Shown here: piece by piece, positions 1-9,865 of the stretch
Layout of the letters: every line of letters begins with the position of its first letter
How positions within the stretch are numbered: the stretch's first letter is position 1
From: Desulfovibrio sp.
Lineage (GTDB): Bacteria > Bacillota > Dethiobacteria > DTU022 > UBA8154
DNA length: 64,000 bases
NCBI GenBank assembly: GCA_020060185.1
Contig: JAGVAS010000056.1
Coordinates: 3,734-67,733 of the forward strand
Direction: 5' to 3'
Program-made: the position numbers and the translations under genes
The notes under the pieces: model-generated
What the model was told of the DNA's origin: nothing
What the model saw: the letters and a program-made list of their open reading frames with translations, nothing else
Database searches by the model: none

Positions 1-3000
1 GGGAAGAGAGCACCTGCACGTTCCAGGAAGAAGGTTCCTTTTCTTCCAGGTATGGCATATATCCTGCTTCTTTCTGCATCTTTCTTAAAACCCCGGCCTG
101 GGGATGCCGCAACAGCGCCGGCCCGATCCAGTCCAGGCAGCTTTTGGCCCCGGCACGGTAATAGGCGGGAAGAAGCCGTCCCTCCCCGCGTGAGGGTATC
201 ACCCACTTCTGCACCTCTTTCGCCATGTCTTTGGCCGTGGCTACCAGGACCAGCTTTTCCTGGGCCCGCGTCAGGGACACGTAAAGAATGCGCATTTCTT
301 CCGCCAGCATTTCTCTATGCAGGCGATTCTTGAGTGCCAGCCAGGGTAAGGTGGGATAAACCAGGCGCAGCTCCGTATCTATAAATTTCGGCCCAAAGCC
401 CAGCTCTTTGTGCAGGAGAAAATCCTGCCGCAGGTCCTGCATGTTAAACTGCCTGGCAAGCCCCGCCACAAAGACCACGGGGAACTCCAGACCCTTGCTC
501 TTGTGCACGGTGATGATACGCACCACATCTTCCTGCTCGCCCAGCGCCCGTGCCGCACCCAGATCTCCACCCCGCTCCTTTAACCTTTCTATAAAACGCA
601 GGAAGCGGAACAATCCCCTTAAGGAAGTAACCTCATACTGGCAGGCCCTGTCGTACAGGGCCCTCAGGTTGGCCTGACGCTGGTTGCCTCCCGGCATGCC
701 TCCCACCAGATCATAGTAGCCTGTATCGCCGTAAATCTGCCGGATCAGCCCTGCCAGGGAGCCCTGGCGGGCCTCATCCTGCCACCTGTGCAGATCCCCC
801 AGGAAAAGCTGCAGCTTTTCCCGCATCGAATCCCCATCATGCTCACCTTTCGAGCAGTAAACCTGCAAAGCCTCATAATAATTTGCCCCCGGTGCTGCCA
901 TGCGTATACGCGCCAGCTCTTCTGCGCTCAACCCCACCAGTGGTGAGCGCAGCACCGCGGCCAGGGGGATCTCCTGGAAGGGGTTGTCGATAATTTTCAG
1001 GAGGGAGAGCATGACCTCCACTTCCGTAGCCTCAAAATAGCCCGTCCCCAGCTCCACATAGGCGGGTATTCCGGCCCGGCGCAGTTCCTCCAGGACAGGC
1101 ATGGCCCAGTTCCGGGCCGAGCGCAATAAAATAACCATATCCCGGTAAGTTACAGGTCGCTGCTTGTTGTTTTTGCGGTCAAGGACATAAAAAGGTTCGC
1201 CTTCGCTTTCCCCCAGAAGCTCCTTAATTTTTTTCGCTATGAGCCGTCCCTCCAGGGCAGCCTTTTCCAGCTCTTCCTCCTCTACCGCCTGCGGAGACAC
1301 TTCCGTGTCTTCTTCCTCAGCATATTCTTTTTCGCTGCTGCCCGCACTCCCATCATCTTCCTCATCTTCTGCAGCAAGAAGACCTCCAGCGGTTTCACCG
1401 AAGGCAGAGATAAAAACTGCTTCTACGGCAAAAGGATCTTTTTCCTCCTGCAAGGCAGGCGGGTAAGAAGCTCCACAGTGAAGCCAGGCCCTGTGGTCAT
1501 ACTCCATCTCCCCCACAGTCTCATCCATGATCTGGCTGAAAAGAAAATTCACCCCCGCCAGGATTTCCCGGCGGCTGCGAAAATTATGGGTAAGGGCGAT
1601 ACATTCTCCCGGGAGAAACCCGGAGGTATAATCCCGCAGCTTGCGCAGGAAAAGCTCCGGCTCGGCCAGGCGGAAGCGGTAAATGCTCTGCTTGACGTCT
1701 CCCACCATGAAGAGGTTCCCCCCAGGTTCCGGCAGGGAAACAAGCTTCAAAATCGCCTCCTGCACCAGGTTTATATCCTGGTACTCGTCCACCAGTACCC
1801 CGGCAAACCTTTTCCTGTACTCCAGGGCCGCCTCTGACGGTTCCAGGGAACCCGGAGCAGCATCCGGACGGCTCAGGATCTGCAGGGCGTAATGCTCCAG
1901 GTCGGAAAAATCGGCTAACCCCTTTTCTTCCTTGGCCTGGCGGTAACGCCCCTCAAAGGCCGATACCAGTTGCACCAGGATATCCAGGAGGGGAGCGAGG
2001 AGCTTTAATTCTTTCACCTGTTCTTCAAGGGGCCGCTGGAAAAGCTCTTCCTTAATCCTGGCCAGTTCTTTTTTACAACCATCCCGGTCTTTTGCAACCT
2101 TTTCTTTTAAAAGGGGATCGTAATCGTTACCCCGGCAGGGCGCTAAACGGTTAAAAACAGGCAACTGTAACGCCGTAAAAAGCTCCTGCCAGGAGCGAAA
2201 AGAAGCCTCCCTCATCGCCTCAAGTGCCCTGATATCCGCTTCCAGGTTTTCCACGTAGGGCGCCGGACCCCCCGGCCTTCGGGCAATCTCCAGGGCCTCC
2301 TGGAGCCGCCCCATAATGCTTTCTAACTGCAGAACACATTCCCGCATCAGCTCCTGCATCCACGGGGTTTGCTCCAACTCCGCAGCAGCTTCGATCTTAA
2401 AATCATACGCTTTCCTTTGCAACCATGCGGCGGGCTGGGTATGGCTCCTGGAGAAATCGTAGAGCCTCTGCACCAGGACCTGCAAAGCCCTGTCTCCGCG
2501 GTCGCTGCTGTAGACATCCACCAGGCGGTAAAATGGACTTTCCGCCTCCTGGTTCTCGTAATATTCTTCCAGGATCTCTTCCATGATCTCCTGCCTCAAA
2601 AGCTCGGCTTCGGTTTCATCCAGGACACGGAAGGAAGGATTCAAGTCCCGCAGGTAATAGTAACGTTTGATCACTTCCAGGCAAAAGGAATGGACGGTGC
2701 TGATCGCTGCCTTGTTGAGCAGCAGGAGTTGACGGCGCAGGTAAGGAAAGCGGGGGTTTTCCCTAATGGCTTTTTCCAGGGCCGCTCCGATACGCTGCTT
2801 CATCTCCGCTGCCGCGGCGTTGGTGAAAGTAACAACAAGCAGCCTGTCCATTTCTACGGGTTTGTTCCTGTCCGTAATCAGTTGCAGCACCCGCTCCACC
2901 AGCACCCTGGTCTTCCCCGAACCGGCACCGGCTGTCACCAGGGCATTTTCCCCCCGGCAGGCGATGGCCTGCCACTGTTCTTCCGTCCAGGTACTGCCTG

Positions 3001-3040
3001 CGGGTTTCTGCGGCCCTTTTTCGCGCTCACCCCTTGTCAT
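1..3040 (-). CDS. addA: ATP-dependent helicase/nuclease subunit A (3' end runs off the window)
   Basis: Manual translation from ATG at 3040: MTRGERE...TWTEEQWQAI...LVTAGAGSGKTRVLVER (Walker A); later VDEYQD, GDVKQSIYRFR, MTVHKSKGLEF and EEMRILYVSLTRA; overlaps the addB stop. Confidence 0.95.
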   Translation of the reverse strand, partial: MTRGEREKGPQKPAGSTWTEEQWQAIACRGENALVTAGAGSGKTRVLVERVLQLITDRNKPVEMDRLLVVTFTNAAAAEMKQRIGAALEKAIRENPRFPYLRRQLLLLNKAAISTVHSFCLEVIKRYYYLRDLNPSFRVLDETEAELLRQEIMEEILEEYYENQEAESPFYRLVDVYSSDRGDRALQVLVQRLYDFSRSHTQPAAWLQRKAYDFKIEAAAELEQTPWMQELMRECVLQLESIMGRLQEALEIARRPGGPAPYVENLEADIRALEAMREASFRSWQELFTALQLPVFNRLAPCRGNDYDPLLKEKVAKDRDGCKKELARIKEELFQRPLEEQVKELKLLAPLLDILVQLVSAFEGRYRQAKEEKGLADFSDLEHYALQILSRPDAAPGSLEPSEAALEYRKRFAGVLVDEYQDINLVQEAILKLVSLPEPGGNLFMVGDVKQSIYRFRLAEPELFLRKLRDYTSGFLPGECIALTHNFRSRREILAGVNFLFSQIMDETVGEMEYDHRAWLHCGASYPPALQEEKDPFAVEAVFISAFGETAGGLLAAEDEEDDGSAGSSEKEYAEEEDTEVSPQAVEEEELEKAALEGRLIAKKIKELLGESEGEPFYVLDRKNNKQRPVTYRDMVILLRSARNWAMPVLEELRRAGIPAYVELGTGYFEATEVEVMLSLLKIIDNPFQEIPLAAVLRSPLVGLSAEELARIRMAAPGANYYEALQVYCSKGEHDGDSMREKLQLFLGDLHRWQDEARQGSLAGLIRQIYGDTGYYDLVGGMPGGNQRQANLRALYDRACQYEVTSLRGLFRFLRFIERLKERGGDLGAARALGEQEDVVRIITVHKSKGLEFPVVFVAGLARQFNMQDLRQDFLLHKELGFGPKFIDTELRLVYPTLPWLALKNRLHREMLAEEMRILYVSLTRAQEKLVLVATAKDMAKEVQKWVIPSRGEGRLLPAYYRAGAKSCLDWIGPALLRHPQAGVLRKMQKEAGYMPYLEEKEPSSWNVQVLSS

Positions 3041-6000
3041 TCTCATTCTCTCCTTCCTTTTCCCGGTCTTTTTCCAGGTAGTTCCAGATGTGCTCCGCTT
3101 TTTCACTCTTTAACAGGCGGAAGCTGTTTCCTTCCAGCGACAGATCAAACTGGCAGATCGCTTTATAGGGGCAGTATGTACAGGCTTGGCTTTTCCCCAG
3201 GCGGTAAGGATTAATCTCCACCTGCCCCCCGATAATTTTCCCCGCTGCAGCTTTGATCAGGCGTCGTACGTGCTGGCGCAGCTGCTCAAACCTCTCCCTC
3301 GTTATCGTTGCTGAATTCTTGTAAAAACCGCCTTCCGCCGTAATCCCCACGGGGATTATCTCTGAATACCCCTTTTTCAGGCTGTTGTCCATCATACGCA
3401 CAATTTGCCGGTCCTCCAGCACCAGCCCCTTCATTTTGTAACGCTTGCGCATTTCCTGTTCTATTTTATCCGGGGGTAGAACTCCTCCCGAACTTATCAG
3501 GGGAGTATGGACGCAGAAATAGAGGACACCGGCTGGCAGGGGCACTTCTTTCAGCCACGTATGGGCCTGGGTTAAAACAATATCCAGGTAAGTCAACACC
3601 TGCAGCGAGAGGCCGTAATATACCTCCAGCAGCTTAAGATCAGTCCACCCCGATTTATAGTCGATCACGCGCAGGTAAGCCTGTCCATCCTTATCGTGGG
3701 CCAAATCCACCCGGTCGATGCGCCCGGCCAGTTCCACCCGGCAGCCGTTTTCCAACTCAAAGCTGATCCCCGGTAAAATGCCCCCGGGGCCGAAGGAGAG
3801 TTCCAGCCCGGCAGGCCTGAAGTTACTGCGCCTGGCATGCTCTCCCAGGATAAGGACAGCGCGCCCTACGGTTTCCTTCAGCTTCCCGCTCAGGTAGCGG
3901 TAGCGGCTGGAACTTAAAAGGATCTCTTTTTGCAGCCTCGGCACCAGCCGTTCCACCTCTTCTGATGCCAGCTGCAGGCAGCTTTCGCTGTCCAGTTCCC
4001 CCCACTCCAACCTTTTTTCCTGCAGGGTTACCGCAAAGTTACGCAGGGCGGCGTGGAAAAAGCGCCCTATATCCGGCGACTCCAGCCGGTAGACCTGCCG
4101 TTCCCTGAGGCGCAGGCCGTGGGAAATGAAATGAGAAAAAGGGCAGGCCTGGAACCTCTCCAGCCGGGAGACACTGGCTTTAAGCTCTTCTCCGTAGATT
4201 TGCAGGCTGGTTTCAGCAGCCAGCGGCCTTTCCCGGTTCTCGTAAAAGATCCCCCCCAGCAGTCGCCTGGCCTGTTGACGCCAGTATTCTTCCTTCGCAT
4301 ACCAGTTGTACATCTCCCACCACAGGGGGTGGATTTCTGCTCCCTTCTTCCAGCGGCTAAGCTGCACCGCCAGGTGGGACAGGGCCCGCCGGGGATGGGC
4401 TATGTAAGGCAATAAAGCCGATGCCTGCCTGTCTTCCCAGTTGCTTGCGGTATCATTTATATCATCAGAAAGAAGATCATAACTTTTCGGCTCACTATCT
4501 TCAGCATTCCCATTCCCGGGTTCGTAACCATCACCACAACTGCATACAGCAACCCCTTCACCGCTGTCCTCATCCCCCGGTTCCGCTTCCAGCAGCTTCT
4601 CCTGCAGGGAAGGGAAAAGTTCTTTTAAATGGGCAATAAGCAGAGAGGAGACCAGCGCCCTGCCTTCCTCGTCAGCCAGGGGATAGCTTATCTGCAGGCC
4701 TCCGGAGGCGCGGGTTAAAGCCATGTAGATGAGGAATTGCTCGTCCAGCAGGCGGCGCCGGCTTCCCGGAGCCATTTCCAGCCCCCAGCTGCTTACGGTC
4801 TCCCGTTCTTCCTCGGAAAAAATACCGCCCTCACGGGGACGGGAGGGCAGCACGCCGTCGTTTACCCCCAGGAGGAAAACAAATCCGGCAGGGCCGGGCC
4901 TGCTCCTCTCCACATCGCCCACAAAGACCTGGTCCAGCGAGGGGGGAACAAGGCTCAGGCGCAGGGCATCCAGCCCCGCCTCCACAATGCTGGCATACAG
5001 CGTTGCAGAGAACTTCTCCTCCCCCATGAGCTCCACAAGCTGGTCCATCAGCTCCATAATTCCTTTATATACCTGCAGGTGCTCCCGCGCTTTTTCTGGG
5101 TCGCCTCTTAGCAGGGCTTCCCTGCTCCAGAACTCCAGACGCTCCCATACGCCGGCATTTGTTAACAGCCCGTACAGGGCTGTCGTCTTTTCCTTAACCG
5201 TTTGTGCTGTTTTAAATTTTTCCCGGAAACGGACTAGCGGTCCGCTTACCCTTAGCCTTGTTTCGTTAATCAAACTGAGGTAGGCTTCCTCTCCGGCCGA
5301 GAGCTTTTCTTCCCCTTCGCCCTCTTCCTCCAGGGTATCCCTCTGGCGGTACTCCCAGGGCCCTTCCCGTAGCCAGGGACTGCCCTGTATACCGAAGGCC
5401 AGGACGTAATTTTCCAGCCTGTCAGCCCTCTCCCGCCATTTCCGTCTCTCGTTTTCATCCTTGGCCAGGGGAAGGAGAAATTCCGTCTTGATACAGCGGA
5501 AAACGGCCTCGTAGCGCCAGTTGCGGTTTACCACCTCCAGGGCCGAGCAGATAAACTCCACCAGGGGATGGTGTACAACGGAGCGTTTCTGGTCCAGGAA
5601 AAAAGGAATATGGTAATCGCCAAAAACAGTAGAGATTGTATCTCTATATTCATCCAGGCTGCTGGCAATTACGGCCATATCCCGCCAGCGATAGCCCCCA
5701 TCCCTCACCAGCCTGATTATCTCCCGGGCCAGGGATTCCACCTCACAGCGACGGTTGGGTGCTGCCGCCAGCCGCAGCGCATGCACCTCCCCCTCAAACG
5801 GTTTAACCGGGTAGTTGTGCAGGTTCCTCTCCAGGTAAGCCAGGTCCGGCTTATCGCCAAAGCGGGGCAGGGTATCCCCCGTAAGGATAACTTTTTCCAC
5901 GGGAATAGCCCGGGACAGCGCCCTCTGCTGCAGTTTCTGGCAGGTTACGGCCGCCGGGTAAAAGGGGTCCAGCTCGTCCACCCTCTCCCCGGGAACACAA

Positions 6001-6719
6001 TCCCGTTCCAGGCAGACAGTTACGGTAACCCTTTTGCAGAACTTAAAAAGCCCCTCCAGTACCAGGAACTCCTGTGCGGTAAAGCCGTAAAAGCCATCCA
6101 CCCAGATTTCGGCCCCCTTTAAAAAAGAAGACTCCGGCATCTGCAAGGCCAAAAGGTTTAAATAATCCTCAGCATCCAGGTAATGCCCGGCCAGTTCACC
6201 CTCCGCTTCCTCCAGGATAAGGATAAGGTCGCTCATTTTCTCCTTAAATAAAGAAGGCAGGCTCTCTCCTGCTCCTGCGTGTTTATGAAAGGTCTCCTTA
6301 AGTTGGGAAATATCTAGACAAGATCGCTTCAGCTCGTTGTACATCTGCACGATGTTATCCAGCACCCCGGCCTGCTCCCCGGCATGCCTAAAGATTTTAA
6401 GTTCATTCCGGCGCTTCTCCAGAATCCTGCGCAGGACCATACCCTTGCCGGTATCGTCGATAAAGAGACGCTTCCCACCCCCGGCCTCCTGCATGACCTT
6501 CCAGGCCAGGCGGCGAAAGCTCAATACCTGGGCGCGGATCATCCCTCCCAGCCCGTAGGACGTAGCCAGGGTATACTCCGCCTGGAAAGTAGCCTGTTCG
6601 GGCACTATGTAAATGAGGGGAAAACCGTCCGGCCTCTCTTTAAGTTCCCCGGCAATCTCCCGCAGGCAAAACTCGCTTTTGCCGCTCCCGGCTCTACCCA
6701 GGATTAAGCGCAATCCCAT
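3027..6719 (-). CDS. addB: ATP-dependent helicase/nuclease subunit B
   Basis: MGLRLILGRAGSGKS start, IVPEQATF, nuclease motif GRIDRVD...IDYKSG, Fe-S cysteines ACPF and CTYCPYKAIC. Confidence 0.96.
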   Translation of the reverse strand: MGLRLILGRAGSGKSEFCLREIAGELKERPDGFPLIYIVPEQATFQAEYTLATSYGLGGMIRAQVLSFRRLAWKVMQEAGGGKRLFIDDTGKGMVLRRILEKRRNELKIFRHAGEQAGVLDNIVQMYNELKRSCLDISQLKETFHKHAGAGESLPSLFKEKMSDLILILEEAEGELAGHYLDAEDYLNLLALQMPESSFLKGAEIWVDGFYGFTAQEFLVLEGLFKFCKRVTVTVCLERDCVPGERVDELDPFYPAAVTCQKLQQRALSRAIPVEKVILTGDTLPRFGDKPDLAYLERNLHNYPVKPFEGEVHALRLAAAPNRRCEVESLAREIIRLVRDGGYRWRDMAVIASSLDEYRDTISTVFGDYHIPFFLDQKRSVVHHPLVEFICSALEVVNRNWRYEAVFRCIKTEFLLPLAKDENERRKWRERADRLENYVLAFGIQGSPWLREGPWEYRQRDTLEEEGEGEEKLSAGEEAYLSLINETRLRVSGPLVRFREKFKTAQTVKEKTTALYGLLTNAGVWERLEFWSREALLRGDPEKAREHLQVYKGIMELMDQLVELMGEEKFSATLYASIVEAGLDALRLSLVPPSLDQVFVGDVERSRPGPAGFVFLLGVNDGVLPSRPREGGIFSEEERETVSSWGLEMAPGSRRRLLDEQFLIYMALTRASGGLQISYPLADEEGRALVSSLLIAHLKELFPSLQEKLLEAEPGDEDSGEGVAVCSCGDGYEPGNGNAEDSEPKSYDLLSDDINDTASNWEDRQASALLPYIAHPRRALSHLAVQLSRWKKGAEIHPLWWEMYNWYAKEEYWRQQARRLLGGIFYENRERPLAAETSLQIYGEELKASVSRLERFQACPFSHFISHGLRLRERQVYRLESPDIGRFFHAALRNFAVTLQEKRLEWGELDSESCLQLASEEVERLVPRLQKEILLSSSRYRYLSGKLKETVGRAVLILGEHARRSNFRPAGLELSFGPGGILPGISFELENGCRVELAGRIDRVDLAHDKDGQAYLRVIDYKSGWTDLKLLEVYYGLSLQVLTYLDIVLTQAHTWLKEVPLPAGVLYFCVHTPLISSGGVLPPDKIEQEMRKRYKMKGLVLEDRQIVRMMDNSLKKGYSEIIPVGITAEGGFYKNSATITRERFEQLRQHVRRLIKAAAGKIIGGQVEINPYRLGKSQACTYCPYKAICQFDLSLEGNSFRLLKSEKAEHIWNYLEKDREKEGENENDKG

Positions 6720-6745
6720 GAAAACCTCTCCCTTAATATTCAAAT

Positions 6746-6964
6746 GGTATGGCGAAGACTGGAGCTCGCTCCAGGTTCACGCAGACAGGTTTTACAGCTT
6801 TGCTCGGTCTTCCGAAGACCTTCCCGGCCAAAATTTCCATCCTGGTCATGTGGCCGGCTACTGGCATTCATGCCAGCAGGGTCTTCTCCAGCCCTCACAT
6901 CGCTGAAGCTGTTTACTGCGCTACACAAGTCGCTCGCCACAGCCTTGCGCCACCTGTGAGTGGC
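6746..6964. other. Highly structured intergenic element (nested hairpins; REP/MITE-like or ncRNA)
   Basis: Inverted pairs CTGGAGC/GCTCCAG, GGTCTTC/GAAGACC, CCGGCCA/TGGCCGG, CTGGCAT/ATGCCAG, enclosed by CGCAG..ACAGCTT/AAGCTGT..CTGCG and TGGCGA..GACT/AGTC..TCGCCA. Confidence 0.55.
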
Positions 6965-7045
6965 ATAATGCGTTCTCTGAAATCGATCATTTTAGTCTAT
7001 TGTTGTCCTACCCGAAAGGTCGCGTGGATTAGAGTAAAATAGGTT

Positions 7046-8254
7046 CTATCTGCCAAGAAAAAAGTTCATTAATCTAAAACCCTCTTCCATATACATTCCT
7101 TTTGCGGCAAAGCTCTCGCTAAACTCGCCCTGCGGGTTTTTTAGAGGGTCTTCCTTTTTATAAATACAGAATGGCACGGGTTCCGCCGTATGGGTGCGCA
7201 GGCTTAACGGGGTGGGATGGTCGGATAAGACCATGAGCCTGTAATCCTGAAATTCTTCGAGCCCGCGAAGTATTTCCCCTACCACTTTTTCATCTATCTC
7301 CTCGATGGCCCTAATTTTTACCTCAAGGTCCCCCTGATGTCCAGCCTCATCGGGAGACTCTACGTGGATAAAGACAAAATCCCTGCCTTCCAGCAGCACA
7401 TCCAGGGCTTTCCGGGCTTTGCCCTTAAAATCGGTTGTAATATTCCCTGTGGCACCGGGAACATCTACAACCTCGAACCCGGCAAGGATACCCAGCCCTT
7501 TGATTAGATCCATGGCGGAGATAACCGCCCCCTCCAGCCCGTATTTTTCCCTAAAGCTGTCCAGCCGGGACTTTCTGCCCTGCCCCCACAACCAGATGGA
7601 ATTAGCCGGCCTCAAGCCCCTGGCGGCGCGCTCCCTGTTGACAGGATGACCGGGCAGAAAAGTGCTGCTTACTTTCATAAACTCCAGCAGTACCTGGCTG
7701 TTTTCCCCCTGCAGCAGGTAGGCAGAAATCTCCTTACCCGTAATATCGTGTGGCGGTGTCAGGTTAAAACCATCGGGCCCGCCCCGCCAGACCATTAGAT
7801 GCCGGTAGCTGACACCGGTATAGAAGTTAAAAATTTCATTTCCCAGTCTGTCTTTAACTGCCGCCATGATCTCCCTTGCTTCGGGAGTGCTGATCTCGCC
7901 TGCGCTGTAATCCAGCATGCTTCTTTGCTCGTAAGGCCCCTCCCCGGAAAGCGTCACCAGGTTGCAGCGAAAGGCCACGTCCTCTTGCGCCAGCTTTACC
8001 CCCATAGCCACGGCTTCGATGGGAGAGCGCCCCGTATAATATCTAGCCGGGTCGTAGCCCATGACGGAGAGGTTGGCCACATCGCTCCCCGCCGGCATCC
8101 CCTGCGGCACAGTCTTAACCATGCCCATCTTACCGTATTTAGCCAGTTTGTCCATATATGGCGTATGGGCGTATTGCAATGGCGTTTTCCCCCCGAGCTC
8201 CTCCAGGGGGAAATCAGGCATCCCATCCCCAAGTATCACAACGTATTTCACCAC
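7046..8254 (-). CDS. apgM: Cofactor-independent phosphoglycerate mutase (ApgM family)
   Basis: KYVVILGDGMPD, GSDVANLS phosphoserine motif, HVESPDEAGHQG, SDHPTP...HT metal ligands. Confidence 0.9.
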   Translation of the reverse strand: MVKYVVILGDGMPDFPLEELGGKTPLQYAHTPYMDKLAKYGKMGMVKTVPQGMPAGSDVANLSVMGYDPARYYTGRSPIEAVAMGVKLAQEDVAFRCNLVTLSGEGPYEQRSMLDYSAGEISTPEAREIMAAVKDRLGNEIFNFYTGVSYRHLMVWRGGPDGFNLTPPHDITGKEISAYLLQGENSQVLLEFMKVSSTFLPGHPVNRERAARGLRPANSIWLWGQGRKSRLDSFREKYGLEGAVISAMDLIKGLGILAGFEVVDVPGATGNITTDFKGKARKALDVLLEGRDFVFIHVESPDEAGHQGDLEVKIRAIEEIDEKVVGEILRGLEEFQDYRLMVLSDHPTPLSLRTHTAEPVPFCIYKKEDPLKNPQGEFSESFAAKGMYMEEGFRLMNFFLGR

Positions 8255-8354
8255 ATTTGCTCCTTTCCATATTTTAAGGAAGGGGGTCAGCCCCCCTTAA
8301 ATCCCTGTTTTAAAGCAATTATACCATTTACCCCTAAGGAAAAAAAGACCTCTT

Positions 8355-8457
8355 AAAAAAAGACAGCAAATAGACCTGTTCCAGTTAAGAAAACAGTCCT
8401 ATTTATAAAGTCATAACAATTTCCATATTTTACAGGAGGGACAGACCCCTTTTGGGA
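8355..8457. repeat. Dispersed repeat copy A
   Basis: GACAGCAAATAGACCTGTTCCAGTTAAGAAAACAGTCCTATTTATAA...ACAATTTCCAT...TACAGGAGGGACAGACCCCTTTTGGGA; aligns with copies at 35185, 35868 and 38145. Confidence 0.85.
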
Positions 8458-8529
8458 AAATATTCCTGCCAAGGCAGATATAAAATATTAATAAGCAGAA
8501 AAACCTTCCGTGTTTCGTAAAGTAGGCAC

Positions 8530-9624
8530 CTAGACATTAAAAAGATCCTCACCGCCGTTCCTGGAGGCTGTCTGGCTCATGAAGCGAGACATTGAGGACC
8601 GGTCTGTGGCATTTTCCATGGCATCCTCGGCTTTGATAAGACCCTTTTCATAGAGCTGCTGCAGGTGGTTGTCCAGGGTTCTCATGCCTGACTTGGCCCC
8701 GGTTTGCATGCTGGCGTAAATCTGCTGGACCCTACCCTCCCGGATCAGGTTGCGTATGACCGGGGTCACGGCCAAAAATTCCACAGCTGCCACCCTGCCC
8801 TTAGTATCTTTGCGGGGCAGAAGGCGCTGAGCAACGATGCCTATAAGGGTATTGGACAACTGTACCCGTATCTGTTCCTGCTGTACAGGTGGAAATATAT
8901 CAATAATACGGTTGATGGTCTGATGAGCATCCAAAGTATGCAACGAAGCCAGAACCATGTGGCCTGTTTCCGCAGCAGTAACAGCAACAGATATGGTCTC
9001 CAAGTCCTTCATTTCCCCCACCATGATAACATCCGGATCCTGGCGCAGCGCCGCGTGCAGGGCGATGGGGAAGGATTCGCTGTCCGAGCCTATTTCTCTC
9101 TGGTTAATAATGCTTTTTTTATGTTTGTGCAGGTATTCAATAGGATCTTCCAGGGTAATGATATGACAGTGTCTCTCCTCATTTATAAGATCGACCATCG
9201 CCGCCAGCGTGGTAGTCTTGCCGCTGCCGGCCGGTCCCGCTACCAGGATCAAGCCTTTAGGACGCAGGGTCATTCTCGAAACGATGTCCGGCAGCCCCAG
9301 GGTAGATATGTTGGGGACAGTAGTATTTATAACCCTGATGGCCATGCTCATCGTGCCTCTCTGGCGAAAAACATTGACGCGGAACCTTCCCAGCCCCGGG
9401 TAACTGTAGGAAAAATCGATTTCCCCTTTTTCTTTAAAAAGTGCGAAATTCTTTTCATCAAGAAGTTGTTTTGCCAGGTTGAGAGTATCTTCCGGCTTAA
9501 GTGGGATATCTGTTAAGTAAGTTAAAAAGCCGTCCAACCTTATCGTAGGAGGTACTCCCACGGTTATATGCAGATCTGAAGCATCCTGGTCCACCGCCTG
9601 TTTTAACAGATCACTGATATTCAT
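8530..9624 (-). CDS. pilT: Type IV pilus retraction ATPase PilT
   Basis: ASDLHITVG, Walker A GPAGSGKTTT, ITLEDPIE, LRQDPDVIMVGE, TGH..LHT, VIRNLIRE motif; RBS AAGGAGG before ATG at 9624. Confidence 0.93.
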   Translation of the reverse strand: MNISDLLKQAVDQDASDLHITVGVPPTIRLDGFLTYLTDIPLKPEDTLNLAKQLLDEKNFALFKEKGEIDFSYSYPGLGRFRVNVFRQRGTMSMAIRVINTTVPNISTLGLPDIVSRMTLRPKGLILVAGPAGSGKTTTLAAMVDLINEERHCHIITLEDPIEYLHKHKKSIINQREIGSDSESFPIALHAALRQDPDVIMVGEMKDLETISVAVTAAETGHMVLASLHTLDAHQTINRIIDIFPPVQQEQIRVQLSNTLIGIVAQRLLPRKDTKGRVAAVEFLAVTPVIRNLIREGRVQQIYASMQTGAKSGMRTLDNHLQQLYEKGLIKAEDAMENATDRSSMSRFMSQTASRNGGEDLFNV

Positions 9625-9865
9625 TCTTATCCTCCTTCGCATTATCTCGCTTAATTATAGCTGTCTAAACACAAATTTACATGGGCAAATTATAATAAAC
9701 GCATTAATCGGTCGCTCATGGAGCAAACGGTAAACAAATAACTATCACATTGCATCCGCAGTCCTTAAATGCGTTTATTATAGTTACTTTTAAGTTACCT
9801 TAAGGTAGTATTATATAAACTAAAAACAGGGCTTTTGAATTAAATCTCTTGCCCGTTTTCAGGTG

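Noticed and set aside
52..3214. Plus-strand ORFs such as 2369-3214 and 1478-1837
   Set aside because: Antisense shadows of addA/addB. The same applies to most plus-strand ORFs opposite long minus-strand genes.
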